Below, piece by piece: positions 21,715 to 36,436 of a DNA stretch of 64,000 nt. Source of the DNA: Selaginella moellendorffii (Eukaryota > Plantae > Lycopodiophyta); contig NW_003314262.1 of NCBI RefSeq assembly GCF_000143415.4, positions 1,105,960 to 1,169,959 on the forward strand, read 5' to 3'. Made by a program: the position numbers and the translations under genes. Within the stretch, counting starts at the first letter, position 1. Each line of letters starts with the position of its first letter. The notes beneath the pieces were generated by a model that had not been told where the DNA came from, did no database searches, and worked only from the letters and a program-made list of their open reading frames with translations.

Positions 21715-23215
21715 TTACTTCCTCCGTCTACGTTGAATCGCCCGCTGTTCCTCAAGCTCCCATGCTCTCCGTGCAGCCTCGTAGCAGACGAAGGAGATAC
21801 CAGCGGCTGGAACCAGCTTCAGCCAGGTGGTCCCAAGTCCTCTGTATAAAGCAAGGAACCCCTCCTCGGCGTAGATCTGCCTTACAACGTCCAGCGTACT
21901 GTTCCTCGCCACAAGTGCAACAGAACCCAGCTGCATTTGTCTCCGCGCCACCTTTGGCAAAATAGCGTTTGGTCTCAGGGAAGAAAGAAATCTTTTTACC
22001 TCCAGAGGGTAAGTAACGGCGCTGGAAGCCGCAGCAGCAACAGCACCAAATAGAAGTGTTAAACCCGTCGGGACGTGCCTTTTTCCGGTTGCACGGTGAT
22101 AAGCACTCCGGAGCCCGTCGTAGACGAAGTAGTTTGTGGCAGCATAGGGGAACACTCCAAGAATGCTAGGCGTAAGACCGGCGTAGAGAGCAGAAAAGCC
22201 CTAGCGAGAGAATCGAGTTGGATCACAAGCAAAAGCAGCAGCGAAGGAAGTAGGTACCTCCTCATTCACCACCGTCATGATAGACTGAAGTGCACCGGTG
22301 TACTTGTGGGGCTGCAGGAGGATCCGAAACGAGGGTGAGCCACTGACAGAGAAGGGCAGACCCGCACAGAAAAGGTGACCATGCCTGCAGCGAAATGCGG
22401 GTCCTGATCAGCTCCAGCGGGTACGTGGCCAGGGTGCCAGCCATCCCCGCAGCACCGCCAGCAACCGGAGCAGCCACCCCGCAGAATGGGTTGCCTTGGC
22501 TGCTCAACATCTTTTTAACAACCTCAAACGTGCAAAGCTCAATGGCCTTGCAGGGCGCCACCCTTATACAGTTGACCCCGTTTCCTGTAGGGGAGTTAGC
22601 TCTGGAGGGCCGTGTGTGCTTGTGCTTACCTCGAAAAAGGCCCAGCCAGCCGTCTCTCTCCCAGATCTCGCAGAAGATGTCGGTGGCACTCTTGTGGTAG
22701 CCATGCACGCCATGCGAAGTGATGAGATGTGTCTACGGAAAAAGAGCAGGCGTGAGAAGGATGCGACGCAACCAGAGGTGGAGAGTTTTAAACCCTACCT
22801 TGATAAGGTCCAGCGGAGCCACGGCCGTCCGGGACACAAGCCCAGCAAAACCCCCACACAGAAAGTTCTTGAGCTCTTCGTGCCTCTTCCCTGATGGGCC
22901 GGTTGGGGCGTCGGGCCTGGCTGGCTTCAGACCGGTAGCAGAGTCCTTGTTCAAGGACGAGACGTGCCCGTTTGCGAGCGCCTCGGATTCCAGGGGAAGC
23001 CACTTGAACACCAGCTTTGTGGCGTGGCCCTGGGGCCTAAACTCGGGCCACAAGCCAAAACTGTCGATCCCTTTCTCCTCCACCCGGATGGACGCAAACA
23101 CCTTGTCCACGAGGGCCGAGTTCATGGTGCATTCCAAGCACGCGCCTTGCTGCTGCCACACCTCCACCTTGATGCCTCTAAACTCGGCCGAGCCAGCCTT
23201 GAGCGACCGATCCAT
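21715..23215 (-). CDS. Mitochondrial carrier family protein, Brittle1 (BT1)-like adenine nucleotide transporter, multi-exon
   Basis: Carrier motifs GGFAGLVSRTAVAPLDLIK, GWLGLFRGNGVNCIRVAP.KAIEL, TYPLELIRTR, YRGLG...KLVPAAGISFVCYEA. Start codon is approximate. Confidence 0.85.
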
Positions 23216-23495
23216 GCTGCCTTTTACAAGCTCCCCTGTGGCGGCGCTAGCGTGCGCAAGGCAAAACATTGCCTGGTGCAACCACCAAGCTCCCACCCAT
23301 GCTCACCGCTGCCTCGCGCAGCGCCTAGGGCGAGGCGAGACCACAAAATAAACTGATTTGTCCACGTCATGCGACCACGTGGCAGTAGCATCGGAGTTTA
23401 AAACTTTGGGGGGAGGACGTGAATTTGACAGAATCTATCTACTTGCTTGCTAATAGAAATTCTACGTGTCCCAATCACCAGTGAAGCCTTCGGAA

Positions 23496-23505
23496 AGCCG
23501 TTAGA
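23496..23505 (-). promoter_or_regulatory. MSA-like element (TCTAACGGCT) upstream of the mitotic kinesin
   Basis: Matches YCYAACGGYY, about 175 bp upstream of the kinesin ATG. A single short motif, so it may be chance. Confidence 0.4.
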
Positions 23506-23678
23506 TGTGCTAGATTCGGTTCAAATTCCACCGTAGGATGCTGTTCTCGTTTTCTTAGGGCTCTTTGATTTTTTTATTTGGCTTTGGAGGGAAAAGAAAA
23601 GCCCCAAGGCTCCCTCGCCTAGGCTAGGGTTTGTGGCAGAGCAGGGAGGGAATGTGGCAGCAGATTCAAGCTTGAGGA

Positions 23679-26600
23679 ATGCCGAGGCTGTCGCCACTGC
23701 GGATTTTTGGGAGCTTGCCCGGTGGCAGCAAAGGGGGGCAATGCGCCGAGTCTGCGGAGAACGAGAGCGCTGGTCGTGTTCCCTTCGGTGAGATCTCTGG
23801 ATTCGATTCGTCTACTCCTTGCAACAGGGCACACACAGCCTCCAATCCGCTTTCGGAGAAGGAGAAGAATGTGGCTTCCGATGGCGTTGCGGACAGGCGT
23901 GCCTTCAATCCCACGCTCAAGCTCAAGTGGATCCAGCAGCAGGCGATCGTCAAGAAGCAGCAGCTCCAGCCCCGTGACGACGATGCGCGATCTGACACCA
24001 GCGAGCAGCAGCAGCAGCAGCCGTTTGGTACCCCGTCCTCGCGCGGCCCCCGCCACCAGCCTTACAGCAGCGTCCAGGCGGCGAGCAAGCACGGCGGAGG
24101 AAGCCAGTTCAGCACCCCTCGGGCTTGCAAGATCGACAACAAGTATGTGACCATGCATTCCGAGCCCGGGAGTAACTCTGGCCATGCCGGGACTGGGACG
24201 CCCAAGAAGAGCGTGTCCAGGACGCTCAAGTATAACCAGGACGCGGGGCTGCGTGCTGCCGGAGCAGTGCCGGGGCCGGTAGTAAAGTCTCTGGGATTCT
24301 GTCAGGGACAGCACGGGGAAGTTTTGGCACCGGCACACTTTGAGCTCGAGGAGGACGTCTCCTTTTGGCAAGACCATAATGTTCAGGTATGCTCGTGAGA
24401 GTCCACACACGCTCTGCATCTTACTGTTTTATCTCTGGCCAGGTGCTCATCCGTATAAGGCCTCCCAGCCCGCTAGAGGTTTCGCTTCAAGGCCCCGGCA
24501 GATGTCTGCGTCAGGATACTGCTCACAGCCTTACGTGGATCGGGCACCCCGAATCAAGGTTTACCTTCGACCATGTGGCCTGTGAAAGCGTCAACCAGGT
24601 TTGCTGGCGTTTCTGCTACTGACTGATGGTGGCTCTGGACTGCACCAACTTTTTCAGGAGAAGCTGTTCAGAGTCGCGGGGCTGCCAATGGTGGACAACT
24701 GTATCTCCGGATATAACAACTGCATGTTTGCCTATGGTCAGGTGAGTGGTTCTGTAGCCCTCGGTCTCATGGACGGTGTAATCATGTGAGCGGCATGCCT
24801 TGGCAGACGGGGAGTGGGAAGACCCATACAATGCTTGGCGATATTGATCAGGAGCAAAGCGAGGAAAGAGGAATGATACCCCGGGTTTTTGAATACCTCT
24901 TTGTAAAGATCCAACTGGTATGTACTCGTCCTTGGAAACTGCCCGTGCTGATTGCTGTCCAGGAAGGGGAAGCTCGCAGATCTCAAGGCCTTGAGTTCGC
25001 ATGTAAATGCTCGTTTCTGGAAATTTACAATGAGCAAGTTTCTGATCTTCTCGAGCCGTCCACCACCAACCTGCAAGTGAGGAGTGCCTTTCTGCTTCTT
25101 CATGTCTTACGCTCTTGCTTTCAGTTGAGGGAGGATGTCAAGAAAGGCGTTTATGTTGAGAACCTCAAGGAAGTAGAAGTCAACAGTGTTGGAGATGTTA
25201 TGAAGCTGCTTAATCAGGTACTGTTTACTGGGTCTTTGGTTGTTATCAATGGCGGATGCTATACAGGGCTCTGCAAACAGAAGAGTGGCGGCTACAAACA
25301 TGAATAGAGAGAGCAGCCGTTCTCACAGCGTTTTCACCTGTGTAGTGGAAAGCAAGGTTTGGAGTCGGTTCAAGATTGCAGCACATAAGTATCAAAACAT
25401 TTGCAGTGGGAGTCGGATGATTCCGTCATCAACACACGTTTTGGACGATTAAATCTGGTCGACTTAGCAGGGTCTGAAAGGTGGTATTATTTTTTTTCTT
25501 TAGAAAACATATCCTATTTCTCCTTAGACAGAAGAGTTCGGGAGCGGAAGGCGATAGGCTCAAGGAGGCTGCTAACATTAACAAGTCCCTCTCTACACTT
25601 GGGTGTGTTGATACTGGATTGCACTTATAACCTCACATGTCCTGTTCGCAGGCTTGTCATCATGGTCCTTGTTGACGCTGCTAACGGCAAGCCGCGGCAC
25701 ATACCGTACCGCGACTCTAAACTTACATTCCTCTTACAAGTAAGGATTCTAGTTGCGTGCATGCAACAATCAACCCGTTTTGCAGGATTCACTGGGTGGG
25801 AACTCGAAAACAATGATTATAGCAACTGTGAGCCCTTCTAACAGGTATAGTTGAAGGGTTTTACGAGTGTTGAGTATTGGTTTTTTCAGCTGCTCTTTGG
25901 AGACTTTGAGCACTCTAAAGTTCGCCCAACGCGCCAAGTTTATCCGTAACAACGTAAGCTATCGATGAAGAATCTTTTTGGTTTAATCGTTTTTGCTGAA
26001 CAAATATTCTTGTGGTAGGCTATCATTAATGAGGACAGCTATGGGGACGTTGTTTCCCTGCGTCAACAGATCCAACAGTTGAAGGTAACCTGAAGGTGGT
26101 TTGACAAATAACATGTCTTGTGTTGCAGGATGAAGTGAACTATCTTCGGAGTCAGGATTGTAGAAACAATGATCAGCCTGTGGAGCCATGTCTTTTACAC
26201 AGTCTGGTACTGGTTTGCCCTTTCCCCCGTTCTTTTTTTTTTTTTTTTTTGTTTGTTTGCATTCTACTATCTAGCCTTCTCTACAGGGTCAAGAAGTACT
26301 TGCTGCTTCTTTGAGAAGAGAGGCAGCGGCGGAATCAGTCATTAAGAACCTTGGGGTGGAGATCAGTCACCTTAAACGACTGGTATAATTTAACCGCTTC
26401 ATGACATCGTGCCTAATGTTCTGCATAGGTGAGGCAAAGGGAGGAAGATACACAACGCGTGAAGATGCTTTTGCGATTTAGAGAGGACAAAATCAGAAGG
26501 CTAGAAGCTGCGGAGGATGGACCCACTGCTGGAGGCTCTTTTTGTTTGGAAGACAGGGAAGCTTTGGTAGAGGAAGTAAAGGTCCTTGGCAGCAGAGTCG

Positions 26601-29600
26601 AACACAACCCTGAAGTTACACGATTTGCAATGGAAAACATACGCTTAATGGAAGAGCTGAAAAGGTTTGTTTTGAAGTCGTCATCTGATGTTATTTAATG
26701 TTGCCTTCAGGTTCCACGAATTTTATGACAACGGAGAAAGAGAAACCATGACTACTGAGTTGTCGAACCTTCGGGATCAGGTAGACTAATTTTTTCTCAG
26801 ATTTAACGTTTGTTGTTTTTGTTTTTACGTTTTTTAAAGCTTATGGAGGTTTTGGAAGCAAATGCGATTTTGAAGGTGCTTCTGTTTGCGCTCTTGTACT
26901 TAATTCTAGTTTTTTCAAACCTTTGCAGGAGGAATGTGGTATTCAGAGCCATTCACGGCTTTTAGAAGAGGTTGAGAATTTCCGCTCTGAGGTTCGGAAG
27001 CTTAGCCAAGCTCTTAGTTCTTATTTTTAAATGTTGTGTCTAGGCGAACGTTATGGAGGAGCATAAGCAGAAATCAGAATCCTTACAACGGGAAAACGGA
27101 GAGCTCATTAGGTATTCTATAGTTGTCTTGATTGAACCCTGTATCTGTTCCCGGGAAATAGGGAGTTGCAGAGTAGAACCAGCGAAATGGAGTTTTACAA
27201 ACGGGAGCTGGACGCGGTACGGTTTTACGTTTTCTTTTGCTTTACTGTTTCCTGATAATCTTCAATTGAACTCTTTTGGCAGTATAAGGAGAGAAAGGCC
27301 TGTGATATAGAATCCAATGCACGCTTAGAGCTGCAGTTAAAAGAGGCAATGAGGGAGAAGCAAGCTCTAGAAGCCAGTCTCGAGGTTTGTTCTGAACTTC
27401 TCAGCTCACTGAGGTGGCAATGTTGTCTGGTGCAGGAAGCAGATGAGTTACGTGAGCAGATGGAAAGCCAGCAGTTAGTGTTAATCAACGAGCTTGAAGC
27501 TGCTCTCTTGAAACAACAAAAATACGAAAGTGACGACAGTACAGCCGTGTTAAGGAGCCAGGTGCAGTTGCTACAGCTTGAACTGAGAAGGAAAGAAGAA
27601 ATCCGCTGCTTAGAGAAGACTGTGGGCTTCGATGAGGCAGAAAAATCTAAGACCGAACAGGAGGTACTGAAGATTAGGGAAGAACTTGACGAGGCACAGG
27701 AGTTGAACAGGCTTTTCTTCAGAGAAAAAATACACAGGCTGGCTATAGAAAAACAGATGGATGTCAGGCGTGCAGAAGTTGAAGCTGAGACGGCAGATAC
27801 TATTTCTAATCTGCATAGGGACCTTCTTATGGCAAATGATAAGTTCGCACTATCTAGTAACCACGAAAAACTCTCATCTGACGAGGTCGAAAGCTTGCAG
27901 CTTGAAAATGCACGGCTAGCAAATTACTGCAACGAACTGAGGCTGGGCAAAGAACAAGAGCTTTGCAAGCTCTGGCAACAGACTACAAGAAGACTAGCCG
28001 ATTATCTATCTGAAGGTGACGCGACACTTGATGCTGCAGCAACGGAAATGGAACGGATTTTTCAGACTTCCTTGCCGGATTGTCCACCAAGCCATTTTGC
28101 TGCGGAGAAGCAAAAGGTTATTCAGGCTTTACAGTTAAAGCTACACCAGGCTTTTGAGTTTGTCAAAGATGCAGAGCAAAAGATGGAGGCTTTAACTGAC
28201 GCGACCTCAAATATGTCGAAAATGCAAGAGACACAGAGAGAGGAGGTGTTGACGACAAGGATTACTGCAGAAGAAGCCATATGCAGAGCAGACTGCCTTG
28301 AAGGGAACATGAGAAAGCTCAACAAATTTCTGGAGGTCGCCTTTATAGTGATTAACAACCTTGCCGAGGCACAGGAACAACAACGGGAACTAGAACGAAC
28401 TGAAGACGCGGGTTTAATATGCTCACTAAGGAGGAGTCTGCTACTATCCGAGAAAAGAGGACACGCCGCTCTTTTAGTTGTAAAGCATTGCGTTGGCGTG
28501 GAGGAGCAGCTGAGATCAAAGATTTGCGACGGTGCAAGTATTATTTCGGAACAGCAAACAGCTATAGCTATTCTTCAGGAGAAGAATGACACCCATATCC
28601 GTGTTTTAGAACAGACTCGAACCGAGCTACAAGAACACTCGACTAGACTACATGAGGCTGAAGAGCTTTGGTGCGCCGAAAAGGAACGGCTGTTGACGGA
28701 TGTGAAAGTGTTAACGTCTCAGACCGATTATCTCGCGAAAGACTGTAGTTACTCGAGTTCAACACTACTCAAGCAGATGGTCAGTTTCGAGCAGCAGGTG
28801 CACGATTCCAAGTTACTGGTCGACGACGCGTTTCGATCTATCTCCCATGAAGGATTGTCAACACTGCATGCGGTTAAGATCGACATATCAGAGGCCCGAA
28901 ACTTCGTTAACGCACTCAGGGAGGACAGTGACGCGAATGTTTTAAAAGGCTACAAGGAGGTCGTTGCGACAAGGCTTGCGTTGGAAAAGGCCCGAGCGAC
29001 ACATGCTTCTGACATGTCCAAGGCGAATCTGGAGTTGGACATGCTCCGAGAATCAGCTGAAGTTGAAAAGCTGCGATTGCAAATGGCAATAGCTAATGCT
29101 CAAGAGAAGCTTTCGTCGTTGCAGTTCAAAGTTGGCGAGCAATCTTTGGAACTTCAGAAAGCTCAGCACAAGTGCGAGGCTTACGAGAAAGACTGTATGG
29201 TGGCTGTATCAGAAATGCATGAGCTGGACATAAAGGTTCAGGAGCTGGATGACCACATCGCGCGGCTTGAAGCAGAAAACGGGGCGTTGAAGGGCAGGGT
29301 CGCCTCGTTGCTGGAAGATATCGAAAGGAAAAATGCTGCGTGCAAGGAGCTAGAGATTTCTGTTCAGGAGCTCGTTGAGGAGGCAAGGAAGAAACAAGAT
29401 GACACTTTACAGCTTCGGCAAGAGATGCATTCCAAGGGTGACAACATTCTCCGGTTGGAAACGGTGGTTCGTAATGCCCATGAGGAGCTTTCACGATCGA
29501 ACCATGAAGTGGCTGCGACAACAAAGGAGTTACAATCTTTGAAGGACGCGACACTGGCAGAGAAGTCCACATTGAAGTCTAGTATTCAAGAATTGGAATA

Positions 29601-32330
29601 TAAGATGGTGGACTTGAATCTTATAAAATCGAAACTTGAGGAAAAGAACAACGTCCTCGAGCAGCAGGTTGCGGTGCTAGAGCGGAACTCCAGAGCGTCA
29701 CATTCGGATTACGAAAGTAAAATTTCGAACGAGATCGAAAAGAAAGAGTCTATTATCAAGGGCTTGGAATTTGACATGGGTTTACTTCAGGAGTCATTCG
29801 CTGACATGGCTGAGACAAAAGCTGACGTTCTGGAAACCAATGCGAAGCTACAGCATGAATTGTCCTTGAGGTTGAACGATCTTTCAGAAGCACAAGGGCT
29901 TCTTGCAAGTGCGCGCGGGGAGCTCTCGGAAAAATTGAGTAGTCTGCGCTGCCTGGAAGGCGAGGCTGATACGCTGAGAGATCTTAAGGCGACTTTGGCA
30001 TCAGAAAACAACGCTCTCGTTAAGAAAATTGAAGAACTCGTGTTTGAAAAGAACAACGTTCAAGACGAGTTGGAAGAAAAGTCGCATTTAGTTGAGAGTT
30101 TGGATCTAGAGCTTTTGGAGCTGAGCTCCTTGGTGGAACAGAAGGTGGCAGAGGCTGTTAGTTCTGTACAGGAGGAGCTGAATGCTGTACTTCAGGAGCG
30201 GGACAGGCTAAGTGCGGACCTGTTGGTTGTTACCGAGCAGCTTGACATGGCCCAGTCACTCGCTGACGAAAGAGAAATCGTGGCAGTCGAGGCTCGNNNN
30301 NNNNNNNNNNNNNNNNNNNNNNNNNNNNNNNNNNNNNNNNNNNNNNNNNNNNNNNNNNNNNNNNNNNNNNNNNNNNNNNNNNNNNNNNNNNNNNNNNNNN
30401 NNNNNNNNNNNNNNNNNNNNNNNNNNNNNNNNNNNNNNNNNNNNNNNNNNNNNNNNNAGGTGGGTGAATATATGATGTTTGGGTGTTACTATATTCTGTT
30501 GATCAGGTTGGGATAATAAAACGTGAAGCACAAATGCAGCGGTTGATGAGAGAAGATTTAGAAACTGAAGTGCAATCCCTACGACATGAGATCACTCTGA
30601 GAACCGGGATGATTGCAGCGTACGACATTTGTTTGCATTTTAAACGTGACATGTTACTGTAACAACTTCATTGTTACAGGAAGAAAACAGACGAAGAAGC
30701 AATCCTGAAGCTAAAGGAAGAAATTGCCAAGCTTTCTGAAGATTGTTTCGAGAAAGAGTCACAGGTAAAGGAATTCTTGATCTCACGTCGTAACATCTTT
30801 TATCTACAGATCCAGGCGTACAACAAGCATATTTCAGATCTAACGACTGCCTCCACCAGACAAGCATCCCACTATCAACAAAAGGTACGTCAACCCCCGT
30901 GCTCTCTATAGCTGGCTCTAATCGGTAACGGGACATGTTAGATCAACGAGCTGGAAACGTTTTTGGATCAGGCAAAAGCGACGAAAACAAAGGGGTCGAG
31001 CTCACCATTCAAGTGCATAGGGAAAGGTCTTTCGCAGCAGATGAACTCAGAGTTCGACGAAGAGCTATCTGCAGCAAGGCACCGTATCAGCGAACTTGAA
31101 ACTATCGCTGCCGGCCGACAAAGAGAGGTGTTTATGCATCATTTTTGTTTCTCTAAATGCGAGGCTTTTTTTTTGTCTTTGACAGGTGTACATGCTAAAC
31201 TCGAGGCTTGCAGAAGCGGAAAGTATGACACATGATGTCGTCAGAGACCTTCTTGGAGTTAAAATGGACATTACAAATTACGCTGTGAGTGGCGTTTTGG
31301 CATAGTGTGAGGTGCTTACCTACTTTTCAGTCGCTACTTGGCCAGGATCGTTTTCCAGATTCGTCAAACCATGAGGTAGGTGGTCTGTTTTTTTCTGTGC
31401 AATGTCAACTTTTATGTTTTGCTTCAGAACGTTCAACTCTTGCAAAAGCAACCTGAGGAGTATATTGAAGAACGGGATAGGTTGTATTCTATTTCTTTGT
31501 TCATTTGGATCCTGATATTTAGTCTGTTTACAGTTGTCTTGACGAAATAGACCACCGTCAGAATGAAGTTGCTGCCATTCGTGTAGCAGCTGAGAAGCTC
31601 CGGCTGCGAGAGCAAGCGCTAAACAGTGAGAACGAAAAACTGAAGGTACGTGAAACGTCATTTAATGGCAGGCAATGGTGTTTGGTACAGGGAGAACTTG
31701 ATGCATTCAAAAAGCACAAGTCTGGTTTAGAGAACGAGGTACGGAAGCTATCCGGACAACAGAACCTTCAGCAAAGAATTCATCATCATGCCAAGATCAA
31801 GGTTTAAATTCTTCAGAAGGGGTCGGTCTTATGTTGATATCGTGCAGGAGGAAAACAATCTGCTAAAAGCTAAAAACGATGAGCTTTCGACTAAGCTTCG
31901 AAACATGGAAATACGTTTGAGTCGCGTCCATGAGGAACTTGACCAACATCGTGACGCAAATGGGAAGCCACGATATGAGGTTGAGCAGCAACTTCGCAGC
32001 AAACTAAAGGTATCATCGTTTTCTTTATCCACATTGAAGTAACGATTTTCTGCTTTACAGGAGGCCGAAGATGATAATCTCCAAATGGCCGAAGAGTTAT
32101 CAAACATGTGCAAGAAGATCATGCAGGTAAAACGTCCCAGCTAATCCAGCTGGAGGTTCTGAAAATTTATCTGATAGGTTTCGGGCGCTTATCACACTGA
32201 GGGCCATGTGGATACTTCAGTGGCATGGCAGTCATTGGAGATGCTTCATCATCAGCTCGCTGATAACCAGAAGCAGGTGGCCGACCTCAAGCATATAATA
32301 GCTGACTACCGTAGAGTTGTAGACCGTTAA
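23679..32330 (+). CDS. Kinesin-12, phragmoplast-orienting kinesin (POK1/POK2)-like, many exons
   Basis: Motor motifs AYGQTGSGKT, SFLEIYNEQ, NRESSRSHSVF, LVDLAGSER and HIPYRDSKLTFLLQ. Long coiled coil. POK-type tail motifs GSSSPFKCIG and LSGQQNLQQRIHHHAKIKEEN. Confidence 0.9.
30297..30457. other. Assembly gap inside the kinesin gene
   Basis: N run. Confidence 1.
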
Positions 32331-33149
32331 CAGCCAATTGGGATCCTGCGCGAGGGCAATGGTTCGCCTAAGTCTCTGGTGCGCTACGTCTTGCGCGCTG
32401 CTATTGGTTATCTAGAAAATTCTTGAGCAATGAAAGTTGCGATTTTGATGAAGCTCTTGCTGCTCACAGGTAGCAGAACAACTGTACACTTTGTGCTAGA
32501 CACTACAGGAAATGTACTGGCTGGCTTTCTGCGAGTGTGGCCGAAGTCCCAAGAAGCGTTACAGATAAAGAACTTTTTTTTCCCAATGTTGGTTACTGTA
32601 CACTCGCAACCATTGCTGAGCGACTTGGTATCGATTCGTCAGACATTGTTGATACGCTCAGCTGAGGCGCCACCAGTGGGTCAGCGTTCTATATTTTGTA
32701 GAACTGCTTACTTCAACAAAAAGTCGGAAGTTTTGTTACGCGTGAGTCAAGCAAAGTCAAGCACTAAGAACTAGAATGGCTTTCACGAACTTGCAAATAA
32801 ATTGCTGAACACTTGAAAAGTTGAACACATGCAATTCAGGGCATTCAGTTTCAAGAGTTGAAAATTGCTTAGTAATCCCTCGTCCCTTTCGAATTGGTTT
32901 TTGTCCGGTAATTGAAATTACATGGCTAATCTAGAATCTATGATCACGACGAAGATACATAGGATCACAACGTAATTCATTTGACACAGCCATTAACAAG
33001 TATGTTCTGTATTGTAATGGCACAATCAAACTGAGTTTTCTAACAACGGATGAACGCTATATGGAGCATTATGTTCTTCTATATTAAAGTGTCACAATAT
33101 CATTTCCAGTAAACTCAATTGTATAAACAAAAGATAGAGCTTTTAGAAG

Positions 33150-34563
33150 TAGCCTTCGGACTCTTCTTTGGCAGCAGTCCGAGAAATCAGAAGGTTTTCA
33201 TTTCCATCTTGTGTAGCAAAGGTTCAGGAGAGTAAAAATTTAACCTCAAGCTGCATTCTTGAAAGCAATGAAGTTCCCTCACATTCCAGGCCTACATGCG
33301 ACTGCGTTTATACTTTCCACAGCTGGACTTCCATGCGCTTAACACAGCGGCGATCCATCAAAGGCCACACTAACAGGATCTCATCCAAGCCATTAACCCA
33401 GCTTTTATAGGACATCTATCTATCTATCTCCAGTCAAGTGCTAGGCAAGCATATTTATGTTGTTGGTGCTATAAACCGCGCTGGCCATCTGGACGAGGTA
33501 TCTGCGTACCCCGCAAATCCCGACCACTTCAAATTATCTTGTAGTGCATAGCTCGTCCATGTCTCCTCTTTGCTTTTCTGTGATCTTCTACAGTGTCCTC
33601 TGCTATGATGGCTACGTGTCAGGGAACCATAACAAGTTCTGTCGCCATATATTTCATACGCTCCTTAGCATTTGATTGAAGAACTGAATGCAAAAATTCT
33701 CCTTATAAAGCATGTGAATATCTAAAACCAGAGCGTATTATAACGACTGTACCCGTCCGTGAAACTATACAGCTTATAATCTACCACCTCGTTAAGCACC
33801 GCATCAGTAAACGATCATTGAAATTTGTCTCAGCTTCTGACAATTCACACGCACCCGGAGCTTGCCATTTTCTTCATCCAATTCTGTCGTCTCAACTTTG
33901 TAAGCCAGCTTTGACGCTTGTTTCCGAACAGTCTTGGAGTACATTGGATACATTTACAGAGCACTGCTTCTAGATGTAGATGAAAACGGTGTTGAGCAAC
34001 CTGGATGTCAACTTTGCATAAGTCGAAACGCTTTCAAGAGCCCGAGATATCGTCCCTGAAATTTGAATAGCTGTCAGCTGAATAGCACACTTGTTCTCCA
34101 GTACAGATGCTCCAAAAAGCGGACAAGATGTGAAGCTAAATCCTGATCAACACTCTCGTTCAGTATACCAAAGGTGCTTTTTGTTGCGAATCTGGACCTT
34201 GTTGGTACACTAAGCGTATCTGGCACTCTACTGCCATGCCTCCGTACCAAAGGTATTCTAAGTGGTAATATTCATCCTGAATAACAACTTTGACGTCCCC
34301 GACCTTTCCCACCACGAGAGAGATACACCAACACCAACAGCTTACCGTGCCAGTAGATCCCAGTCTGAAATGGTAACCCGCAGCTCCAAATGTATCCCAC
34401 TATATCTCAAAGTTCCAGTACCGATACTTACATGGATCGTGGGCCTCCAATTCCTGATTATGGAGCGATGAGATCCAATCCATGGCCCAAAGTTGACGCC
34501 CCTGATCGCCTGCCCTGCTGATAACGGAACTACCATCCTGACGGCCAGAATCATGGCCATCAC
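33150..34563 (-). pseudogene. Possible decayed GH5 (exo-glucanase-like) gene
   Basis: Hydrophobic N-terminus, then IRGVNFGPW (compare GH5 RGVNLGGW) and LRIP near 34250. Frames are broken throughout. Confidence 0.25.
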
Positions 34564-36436
34564 GACAGGGAAAAGAAAATCAAACTTTTATTTATCCTCT
34601 TCAGCACTGTAGCCTCACGCCCTTCAGCATCTTTAACTGTCAAAAGTGTTGGCTGCTAAAATCAAAAGTGCCCGTCCGTAGCCAATGCGTCCCAAGATCT
34701 GCTCTGAAGGCACCAGCAGCCGCTGTAGAAAATGCAAACTGCCTGCCACATTTAAAGTGAACTAATAGTCTTAAGATTTAGGGACTCTTTGATGCATAGA
34801 GTTCTGGTCTTTGTTCTAAGTTTTGGTCCTTTGTGGCGTTTTAAGTTTGTTCAAGTTAAGGAGAACGAAAAGTTTCTTACCAGCGGCCTCTCGTGATTCT
34901 CTGTCATCTCGTTTCTCACATGCTTTCACATTCTGACCATGCGTCCTTCTGCACATGTAAAACTTTTTGCGCTATGGCCTTGTTCTGCCAGGAAAGTCGT
35001 TGCTGATTAAGTTACAAAAGCTGGTTGTACACACCATAAAATGAAATGTATACCGAGTTTATATGGCATATAACATATTGCACCACATATATCGAAAAAA
35101 ATTCGTCTATACTTCAAGGAAACCTGTTAACGACGTTGGGAATGACACTTTTGAAGACTCACGGGAATGACACTTTTGCTATGTTCTACAACTGATCAAA
35201 GCAAACTTCAAAGCGATTAACGTACGAACAGATTTTCTTTTATTTTCCGATCTGCAATCAATGAGAGATTCTGTTGTGTCTGTTCTTCGACCTGATAAGG
35301 TGGAGCTATGCGTTGATTTTTGTCCAGCTGCTCAAATGCATCGCAGTCTCAAAGTTAAGGAAGTTGTACTGAGCTCCCGTATCCTTGCTGCCAGTCCCTC
35401 TATATACGTATCAATACTTACATGGCTCGGGAACCCCTTCAATTCATATAAAATATAATCGTCTGCAGAACATAGGAAAGGCATATTCAGCAAGGTCCCG
35501 GATGTTTATCTCTTCTCAACGAGCTTGCAAAACATTTTTTATTTGGCGATGCCCATATAACATTTTTCCGATCTGCAATCAATGACTTCCCATCCCTTCA
35601 CATGAGGGATTCCCCATCTTGCGTCTGTTTTTCCACCTCATCTGCTATGCGAGGGTTAACTTGAGATCTTGTCCTGGACATAAATATTACCATTGTCTAA
35701 AAAGCTTAGCAGAAGTTCATAAACAGTGCCTTACCTTGATTCCTTGCTTCTCAGTGCACTGCATCTCACGTCTTCTTTTGCCCCTCCACCAGTGTATGTG
35801 AGACCGTACCACACTATAAGATTGTTGCTTTTGAGAGACAAACCGTCGTTCCCAGAGCTAAATTTTCAGAATTGCCGTTATCAATGAACTATGTGGAATG
35901 ATGAGCTCACATCAGAAAAGAAAAATACCTGGCTATTACATGTAGAGAAAGATTTCCAAGATGCATTCAAGTATTATCTGCAGAAAGAGAACAAAGAATC
36001 ATAGGATCCAAAAACGTACAAACGAAGACAAATGGCCGCAACAGGCGCAATACGATTTCCTCCACCACAGGTTTGTTTCGCTTTCGTCTGAAGGCACAAG
36101 ACCCTTCCAAATCTGAAAGAGGAGCAAAGTAAACCAAAAGCATGGCTGTTTTGCTGCGTTGTAACTTTAAAAGTGACTGGCAACTCGCGGATGTGTTGTG
36201 CAGCTGCTTGACTACATTAGTCGAGTGGAGGCGTGACATGACCAACCATTTAACAAGTGGCAACTGAGCTTCATGACTTTGACAAAATGCAGTAACATCA
36301 TCCCGACTCTGCAATGAAGTTTGTCAAGCCAAAGTTAGAATATGAAAAATCGGTCGGCTCTTCCGCTATCTATATATAGGTACACTAGTTACGCGCGTCG
36401 ATAGGCAGATCGAGATCCGTAGCGTAGCGTAGAGGG

